Positions 26,190 to 32,000 of a DNA stretch of 32,000 nt are shown piece by piece. Under the pieces are notes generated by a model that made no database searches, was not told the origin of the DNA, and saw nothing but the letters and a program-made list of their open reading frames with translations. The DNA lies in NCBI GenBank assembly GCA_965250005.1, contig OZ252279.1, positions 1,800,001 to 1,832,000 of the forward strand. The letters run 5' to 3'. Position numbers and translations under genes: made by a program. Each line of letters begins with the position of its first letter. The first letter of the stretch is position 1. Source of the stretch: Demequinaceae bacterium. GTDB taxonomy: Bacteria > Actinomycetota > Actinomycetes > Actinomycetales > Demequinaceae.

Positions 26190-26996
26190 CTAGAGGTAGT
26201 CGTACGCCCGTCGGACACCAAGGAGAGAGGCGAAGTGATGAGCAATAACCTGGTTTCGAACCCAGTTGTAGATCAACTCCATGACGGCGGGAACACCGAG
26301 GAGCCCGCGAAGCCCGGTGGCTGGGTCGAAACGTACATGGAGGGTCAGGTGCGGATCGAACTCCGCATCCGCCTCGCGTCCAGCGAAGTCGAACCACGCC
26401 ACTGGATCGCCGTGATTCAACGGTTCGAGGTTGAAGCGATACGTCGGTCCCTCGCCACCATCTGGGAGGTCCCAACTCATGCCGTCATGGTTGAGGGTGA
26501 CGTCGACGGCCAAGAGCAGGCGGTGCTTGTCGATGTTGACCAACTTGTTCAGCAGGTAGAGCGGGTTGGCGCTGGCAACTCCGTGCCAGCGCTTGTCGCC
26601 GTGTGGTTGTACGGATTCGACAGCATCGAGGATGCTTGGGCTCGTGACCCCCACAATGCCCGCCGCCTTGGGTTGGGAATTATTCACGGGAGGATCAAGG
26701 ATGGGGAAGCAAGTGTTCTTGGTCGCGGTTCCATTGTCGAGTTCCACGAGATCGTGCGCAAGGTAGTCGAGGGACGCACGCGCGTTCGTAAGGAAGTCCC
26801 CGAGAATTGCGCTCCACTCGGGCTCCACGACGGGAAGGCGATCTACCCGGTAGACGTACTTCGAGGGGTCACCGTCACTCTCGCGGACAAAGAACTCGCG
26901 GGCGGGGTCGAGGGCGACCTCAAGTCGTTGATTCAAGTCCTCGGCGTGAACGCGCGCCCGGTCCAACTTCACATAAGACCCTTCAAGAGGACCCAC
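26190..26996 (-). CDS. Hypothetical protein (268 aa)
   Basis: Third-position G/C is strongly enriched on the minus strand (e.g. cgG gcG taC gaC taC ctC at the 3' end). The overlapping plus-strand ORF has mixed third positions. Contains LGDFLTNARASLDYLAHDL and LNKLVNIDKHRLL motifs. Family not identified. Confidence 0.6.
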   Translation of the reverse strand: MGPLEGSYVKLDRARVHAEDLNQRLEVALDPAREFFVRESDGDPSKYVYRVDRLPVVEPEWSAILGDFLTNARASLDYLAHDLVELDNGTATKNTCFPILDPPVNNSQPKAAGIVGVTSPSILDAVESVQPHGDKRWHGVASANPLYLLNKLVNIDKHRLLLAVDVTLNHDGMSWDLPDGGEGPTYRFNLEPLNHGDPVAWFDFAGREADAEFDPHLTLHVRFDPATGLRGLLGVPAVMELIYNWVRNQVIAHHFASLLGVRRAYDYL

Positions 26997-27293
26997 AACA
27001 CACCCCCGACGATTTCTGGGCCTTCAACAGAGCCCGTCAATGAGCAATGTACCTGGGCTACCTCGTGGGAATAGTTGACGCCGTGCAGAGGCACGTACCC
27101 AGTGAAGCTGGGGACAACATGACTACGCTGGATATGTGGACAAATTCTGGGTCGTCACTGCGGGCACCATTGTTGCTGCGGCACTTGGCTGGTTCGGCAA
27201 GTGGGTTGTGATGAGCATTAAGCGTGCGGGGCTACGACGTGACAAAGCCTCTGGGAGCCGACCCCGCTTTTCCGGACACGGGGTGTGTGTTGA

Positions 27294-28190
27294 TTATGCC
27301 GCTATTTGGGCACGGGTGTGAAGTGCTTCAAACGTGGCGGGGCTGACGGAGCGTCCGCGGTGATCGGTCAGGGCGGTGTGGCGTCGGCGGGGGTTGTAGA
27401 ACCCTTCGATCCATTCGAAAATTGCTGCAGCCAGTTCGATACGACTGTCCCAGGACTGGCGGTCGAGTAGTTCGCGTTGCATGGTTGACCAGAATGATTC
27501 GATGAGGGCGTTGTCCACGCTGGAGGCGACTCGTCCCATGGAACCCAGGAGCCCCGCTTCACGTAATCGGTGTCCGAAGATCCAACTCGTGTATTGCGCT
27601 CCGCGATCGGCGTGAACAATAGTTCCGGGCCGGGGTCGGCGTTGCCAGCGGGCCATTTCCAGGGCGTCCGTGACGAGTTCGGCGGTGGGTCGGTCAGCAA
27701 TAGACCAGCCCACGACACGGCGGGAGAAAGCATCAACAACGGCGCAGCAGTAAACCCAACCATCACGCGCGCGATGCTGCGTGATGTCCGTAAACCAGAT
27801 CCGGTCAGGCTGATCGGCTCGGAACTGGCGTTTGACAAGGTCGTCATGGGTGGCTGCTGCTGGGGCCCATCCACGCCGTTTACGCCCGTGTGACACGCCT
27901 CGCAGGCCCGCTTCACGCAACAGTAGGGCCACCCGTTTACGGCTGCAGGCCACACCGTGCTCGATTGAAAGTTCGTCGTGGATACGTTTCGCACCATACG
28001 TGCCCCGCGAGTCACGATGGATCCGACAAATCACCTCCGTGAGTGTCCGATCCGCGACCGCACGCCGTGACGGGGCCCTGCCTAACCACTCGTAGTAGCC
28101 GGCACGAGAAACGCCAAGCTTCCGGCACGCCACCGCGACGGGTATCCCGTCGCGGCTGAGTTCGTGGACGAGCCGGAAACCTATTTTGGG
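27294..28190 (-). CDS. IS3-family transposase OrfB region (expressed as an OrfAB fusion by -1 frameshifting)
   Basis: DDE context WFTDITQH ... HADRGAQYTS ... DNALIESFW. The -1 frame is open from the heptamer at 28190 (PKIGFRLVHELSRDGIPVAVACRKLGVSRAGYYEW...). Confidence 0.85.
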   Translation of the reverse strand, partial: PKIGFRLVHELSRDGIPVAVACRKLGVSRAGYYEWLGRAPSRRAVADRTLTEVICRIHRDSRGTYGAKRIHDELSIEHGVACSRKRVALLLREAGLRGVSHGRKRRGWAPAAATHDDLVKRQFRADQPDRIWFTDITQHRARDGWVYCCAVVDAFSRRVVGWSIADRPTAELVTDALEMARWQRRPRPGTIVHADRGAQYTSWIFGHRLREAGLLGSMGRVASSVDNALIESFWSTMQRELLDRQSWDSRIELAAAIFEWIEGFYNPRRRHTALTDHRGRSVSPATFEALHTRAQIAA

Positions 28191-28465
28191 AGCACGTTCT
28201 CCCGCGCAAAATATGCAGAAGCACGCTTCAAGATTTCGTTCTCCATCTGAAGCACCCGATTCTTGCGGCGCAACTGCACCAACTCGCGTCGCTCCTCAGT
28301 CGTGAGACCTTCAACACGGCCCGCGTTAATGTCGTCTTGCTTCATCCACCGCCGCAAACACGACTCACTGATCCCAAGCCCGCTCGCAACCTGCGCGACC
28401 GGCTCTCCCTGACGCACCAAATCCAATGCTCGACGCCTAAACTCCGGCGGTTTCGCTTGTGGCAT
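28181..28465 (-). CDS. IS3-family transposase OrfA (HTH)
   Basis: MPQAKPPEFRRRALDLVRQGEPVAQVASGLGISESCLRRWMKQD... followed by a zipper-like tail ..LQMENEILKRASAYFARE. Confidence 0.85.
   Translation of the reverse strand: MPQAKPPEFRRRALDLVRQGEPVAQVASGLGISESCLRRWMKQDDINAGRVEGLTTEERRELVQLRRKNRVLQMENEILKRASAYFARENVLPK
28184..28190 (-). promoter_or_regulatory. Programmed -1 ribosomal frameshift heptamer C CCA AAA (X XXY YYZ)
   Basis: On the minus strand, orfA reads ctc cca aaa tag. Slipping to ccc aaa a enters the open orfB frame. Confidence 0.6.
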
Positions 28466-28546
28466 TCCGAACTCCTCTCGGGAACATCATCCCAAGTCAT
28501 GTGTCCGGAAAAGCGGGGTCGGCTCCGTTTGATGCTGCTGGCAGGG

Positions 28547-29185
28547 CTACGGGCGCTCGTCCGTCAGTTTCGGGTTGGGCTCAAGCGCGGACAGTCCGTT
28601 CCACGCCAGATTTAGCAGGTGCGCAGCCACGACCTTCTTGGAGGGCTCCCGCACGTCGGACCAGTGCTGCCCGGTCAGAGCGACCATGCCCACCAGCATG
28701 CGCGCGTAGATGGGGGCGATCTTCGCGTCCAGCCCGCGCGCCACGAACTGATCGCCCAGGATGCCCTCGACCTGTGTAGCGACGTCGCCGATCAGGCTGG
28801 AGAACGTGCCGGTGGCTTGCGCCACCGGGGAGTCACGGGTGAGGATGCGGAACCCGTCGGGGGAGTCCTCGATGTAGCCCAGCAGCGCCATCGCGGCGCG
28901 CTCCACCAGTTGCTTGGGGTGGCCGCGGCGCTCGAGCGCGCCCGTGAGCGCACCGAGCAGTGCCTGCACCTCGCGGTCAACGACCACCGCGTACAAGCCC
29001 TCTTTGCCGCCAAAGTGTTCGTACACAACCGGCTTCGACACGTCCGCGCGCAAGGCGATTTCTTCGACAGACGTGCCCTCGAAACCTTTTTCTGCGAAGA
29101 GGGCTCGACCCACCGCGAGCAGCTGCTCCCGGCGCTCTCGGCCCGTCATGCGTGCGCGGGGAATGCGCTTCGGTTCGGCAGCCAC
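28547..29185 (-). CDS. TetR/AcrR-family transcriptional regulator
   Basis: N-terminal HTH: RREQLLAVGRALFAEKGFEGTSVEEIALRADVSKPVVYEHFGGKEGLY. Start is the GTG at 29185 or the ATG at 29149. The 431-aa track ORF is an upstream over-extension. Confidence 0.85.
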   Translation of the reverse strand: MAAEPKRIPRARMTGRERREQLLAVGRALFAEKGFEGTSVEEIALRADVSKPVVYEHFGGKEGLYAVVVDREVQALLGALTGALERRGHPKQLVERAAMALLGYIEDSPDGFRILTRDSPVAQATGTFSSLIGDVATQVEGILGDQFVARGLDAKIAPIYARMLVGMVALTGQHWSDVREPSKKVVAAHLLNLAWNGLSALEPNPKLTDERP

Positions 29186-29244
29186 GGTTCTAGTCTGCCG
29201 TGAATCCTGGCACACTGTTCCTCTGGGGCCCACGAGCCTCAAAA

Positions 29245-29316
29245 TCCGCCCTAGTGTAACGGCAGCATGCAGGCCTTTGGAGCCTTGCGGTTCAGGTTCG
29301 AATCCTGAGGGCGGAA
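29245..29316 (+). tRNA. tRNA-Gln (anticodon UUG)
   Basis: Manual cloverleaf fold. The acceptor stem TCCGCCC/GGGCGGA has 7 perfect pairs, including U1-A72. The T arm is TCAGG-TTCGAAT-CCTGA. The anticodon loop is CUUUGGA with U33 and UUG at positions 34-36. The variable loop is 5 nt, and the total length is 72 nt with no encoded CCA. Confidence 0.85.
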
Positions 29317-29404
29317 CCCCTCTGCCTCCGGCCCAGTGGTGCGCCCGGTAGAGTGGGCACTGCAGGTGTTGGCGCCCACCACGGGCACTACCTAGGGGAG
29401 CCGC

Positions 29405-30976
29405 GTGACCAACGTGCAACCGGCCGCTGTACTCGTGTTGGCTGCGGGTGCGGGGACGCGCATGAAGTCCTCCACGCCCAAGGTTTTGCATCGCGTCGCG
29501 GGGCGCAGTTTGGTTGCCCACGCGATTGCCGCAGCCGCCGGAGTTGAGCCCGACCGCGTCGTCGTGGTGGTACGTCATGATCGCGACACCGTCGCCCACC
29601 ACATCAGCGAGATTGCCTCCGAAGCGCTGATCGCAGATCAAGACGACGTTCCCGGCACCGGCCGCGCCGTCTACTGCGGGTTGTCCATGCTTGACGAGAC
29701 GATCAAGGCCGGGCTCGTGGCCGAGGGTGCAACCAAGGCCAAGAATGTCCGTAAAGCCGGGGCAACCGGAACAGTGCTGGTGACGTCGGGCGACGTGCCG
29801 CTGATCGCCGCGGGCACCCTGCGCGAACTGGCCGCAGCCCACGCAGCGGATGGCAACGCCGTCACCGTACTCACCGCCACCATCGACAAGCCCACGGGCT
29901 ACGGGCGCATTATTCGCGACGCCTCGTCAGGTGAGGTTCTTGAAATTGTCGAAGAGGCCGATGCCACCGAGGCGCAGCGCGAGATCGCCGAAATCAACAC
30001 GGGCATCTACGCGTTCGATGCCGATGCGTTGCGAGAGGCGCTCGCTCAGCTACGCCAGGACAACGACCAGGGCGAGATGTACCTCACCGATGTGATTCGT
30101 CTGGCCCGCGAGGCTAACGGAAAGGTGCGTGCCATCATGACCGATGACCCTACGGAAGCCGAGGGGATCAACGACAAGGTGCAGCTCGCTGTTGCTGCGG
30201 CGCTCCTCAATCGATCCATCGTCGAGAAATGGATGCGCGCGGGCGTGACCATCGTTGACCCGTCCACTACGTGGATCGACGCCGACGTCACGCTGGCCCC
30301 CGACGTCACCATCCTGCCGGGTACGCAATTGCATGGTGCGACGGCCATCGCCACCGGCGCGACCGTGGGGCCCGACACCACACTCGATAGTGTGACCGTA
30401 GGCGAAGGCGCTACCGTGATCCGCACCCATGGTTCTGACTCCGTGATTGGCCAGGGTGCCATCGTGGGGCCATTCGCGTACCTACGCCCAGGCACCATCT
30501 TGGGCGACGCCGCCAAGATCGGTACGTTCGTGGAGACCAAGAACGCGCGGATCGGCGACGGCGCGAAGGTGCCGCACCTGAGTTACGTGGGTGACGCGAC
30601 GGTGGGCGAAGGGTCGAACATTGGTGCGGCGACCATCTTTGTGAATTACGACGGCGTGACCAAGTCACACACCACCGTGGGTAAGCACGTGAAGATTGGA
30701 TCGGACAACATGTTGGTCGCTCCCGTCAGCGTGGGCGACGGCGCTTACACGGGCGCTGGCTCGGTCATTCGGGACGACGTCCCCCCGGGAGCGCTGGGAA
30801 TCAACACGGCTCCGCAGCGAAACATCGCCGGCTGGGTGGAGCGCAGGCGGCCCGGAACTCCGTCGGCTCTGGCTGCCGCCGCCGCGTCTGATGGAGTGGC
30901 GGCGCCCGAGGCGCTATCGTCACAAGCAAAGAAGGAATTGGCCGCCGCCGAGCAAGTAGACGACCAGGGAGAATAA
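29405..30976 (+). CDS. glmU: Bifunctional UDP-N-acetylglucosamine pyrophosphorylase / glucosamine-1-phosphate N-acetyltransferase
   Basis: N-terminal LAAGAGTRMKSSTPKVLH signature, a left-handed beta-helix hexapeptide region (..IGDGAKVPHLSYVGDATVGEGSNIGAATIFVNYDG..) and an extended actinobacterial C-terminal tail. GTG start with a GGGGAG SD site. Confidence 0.93.
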   Translation: MTNVQPAAVLVLAAGAGTRMKSSTPKVLHRVAGRSLVAHAIAAAAGVEPDRVVVVVRHDRDTVAHHISEIASEALIADQDDVPGTGRAVYCGLSMLDETIKAGLVAEGATKAKNVRKAGATGTVLVTSGDVPLIAAGTLRELAAAHAADGNAVTVLTATIDKPTGYGRIIRDASSGEVLEIVEEADATEAQREIAEINTGIYAFDADALREALAQLRQDNDQGEMYLTDVIRLAREANGKVRAIMTDDPTEAEGINDKVQLAVAAALLNRSIVEKWMRAGVTIVDPSTTWIDADVTLAPDVTILPGTQLHGATAIATGATVGPDTTLDSVTVGEGATVIRTHGSDSVIGQGAIVGPFAYLRPGTILGDAAKIGTFVETKNARIGDGAKVPHLSYVGDATVGEGSNIGAATIFVNYDGVTKSHTTVGKHVKIGSDNMLVAPVSVGDGAYTGAGSVIRDDVPPGALGINTAPQRNIAGWVERRRPGTPSALAAAAASDGVAAPEALSSQAKKELAAAEQVDDQGE

Positions 30977-31956
30977 TGACCGCGCCCATCACCCGCACCA
31001 ACGAACGTCGCATGGTGATCGCATCCGGACGGGCGCACCCCGAGCTCGCGGCAGCGGTCGCGGAAGAGCTCGAAACGGAGCTTCTTCCCACCGATGCTTA
31101 CACGTTCGCGAACGGCGAATTGTATGTGCGGTTTGGCGACAGCGTGCGGGGCACGGACGCGTTCGTGCTTCAATCTCACGCGGCGCCCATCAACGAGGCG
31201 ATCATGGAGCACCTCATTATGGTCGACGCCCTGAAGCGCGCGTCGGCCAAGCGCATCACTGTTGTGATGCCCTGCTACGGCTACGCACGTCAGGACAAGA
31301 AGCACCGTGGCCGCGAGCCCATTAGCGCTCGCCTCATGGCGGACCTCTTCAAATCCGCAGGTGCGGATCGCATCATGTCGGTGGACTTACACACGTCCCA
31401 GATCCAAGGGTTCTTTGACGGCCCCGTCGACCACCTGTGGGCGATGCCGCTGCTGGCCACCTACATGCGTACGCGCATCGCACCGGACAACCTCACCATC
31501 GTCTCCCCGGATGCCGGCCGCGTCCGCCTCGCAGACCAATGGTCAGATCACCTGGGCGCGCCCCTCGCGATCATTCACAAGCGCCGCGACCCCAGCGTGC
31601 CCAACCAGACCAAGGTCCATGAGTTGGTCGGTGAGGTCGAAGGCCGCACCTGTGTGCTGGTTGACGACATGATCGACACCGGCGGCACCATTGTTCAGGC
31701 AGCCGAAGCGCTGTTTGAGAACGGCGCCAAGGACGTGATCGTGGCCGCGACGCACGGGCTGCTCTCCGGCCCCGCCATGGAGCGCTTGCGCGACTCGCAG
31801 ATTTCCGAAGTGGTCATCACAGACACCTTGCCCATCAGTGAGGACAAGACGTTCGACGGACTCACGGTGCTGTCGATCGCGCCACTGCTCGCCCGCGCGG
31901 TCCGCGAAGTGTTTGACGACGGATCGGTCACCAGCCTGTTCGCTGGCAACTCCTAG
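30976..31956 (+). CDS. prs: Ribose-phosphate pyrophosphokinase
   Basis: GELYVRFGDSVRGTDAFVLQSH, YGYARQDKK and VLVDDMIDTGGT motifs. The ATG overlaps the glmU stop codon (TAATG). Confidence 0.93.
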   Translation: MTAPITRTNERRMVIASGRAHPELAAAVAEELETELLPTDAYTFANGELYVRFGDSVRGTDAFVLQSHAAPINEAIMEHLIMVDALKRASAKRITVVMPCYGYARQDKKHRGREPISARLMADLFKSAGADRIMSVDLHTSQIQGFFDGPVDHLWAMPLLATYMRTRIAPDNLTIVSPDAGRVRLADQWSDHLGAPLAIIHKRRDPSVPNQTKVHELVGEVEGRTCVLVDDMIDTGGTIVQAAEALFENGAKDVIVAATHGLLSGPAMERLRDSQISEVVITDTLPISEDKTFDGLTVLSIAPLLARAVREVFDDGSVTSLFAGNS

Positions 31957-32000
31957 AAATCGAGAGCCCGCGCGAGAACCTACGCAGCCGGGCTAGGGGA

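Larger units (their letters stand above)
27254..28526 (-). mobile_element. Second IS3-family insertion sequence (~1273 bp)
   Basis: 26-bp perfect terminal inverted repeats: GGAGCCGACCCCGCTTTTCCGGACAC (27254-27279) and its reverse complement (28501-28526). They enclose orfA and orfB. Confidence 0.85.

Noticed and set aside
26235-27074. 279-aa plus-strand ORF overlapping the 268-aa minus-strand ORF
   Set aside because: Third-codon positions are mixed A/T/G/C on the plus strand but almost uniformly G/C on the minus strand. The minus-strand gene is therefore the better call.
27136-27321. 61-aa ORF with a hydrophobic N-terminus (MDKFWVVTAGTIVAAALGWFGKWVV..)
   Set aside because: Its 3' third is IS terminal-repeat sequence, and it is too short to support. 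At best it is the stump of a gene disrupted by the IS.
29186-29842. Upstream extension of the 431-aa minus-strand ORF 28547-29842
   Set aside because: It runs antisense through the tRNA-Gln gene and the 5' end of glmU. The TetR HTH begins right after the GTG at 29185 or the ATG at 29149, so the real gene is ~200-212 aa.

Overview
High-GC, actinobacterial-type chromosomal segment. Housekeeping genes sit at both edges: the 3' end of ispE on the left, and a TetR regulator, tRNA-Gln(UUG), glmU and prs on the right. They bracket a ~28-kb accessory region dominated by a polymorphic-toxin (Rhs/YD-repeat) locus. One full-length 3022-aa protein (524-9592) carries a Sec-type signal peptide, cadherin-like Ig domains, eight FG-GAP-type repeats, five more tandem cadherin-like domains, a ~3.6-kb YD-repeat shell ending in the RHS core motif (..DPVNMHDPTGM) and a variable C-terminal toxin region. 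A 64-aa immunity candidate follows 5 nt downstream. Five co-oriented, 5'-truncated orphan rhs cassettes come next. They enter the core at nested depths (main-gene equivalents ~5984, ~7356, ~7430, ~8130, ~8246). Four keep their own C-terminal toxin region (CT) plus a tightly linked downstream ORF (immunity candidate); the fifth is a truncated remnant. Cassette 1 is split by an IS3-family element with a TAC target duplication and carries an in-frame (GGCAAC)8 microsatellite. A second IS3-family element, with a C CCA AAA -1 frameshift heptamer, marks the right edge of the accessory region. No T6SS, ESX/WXG, LXG or PAAR genes are present, so the architecture resembles Sec-exported WapA-type Rhs systems. 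The most interesting points are the silent toxin/immunity cassette library with recombination-ready direct repeats of up to ~3 kb, an unassigned toxin-domain family shared by three cassettes, and a bipartite CT in which a shared ~100-aa linker carries different toxin tips. Most other ORFs in the six-frame track are antisense or shadow ORFs of this GC-rich repetitive DNA.
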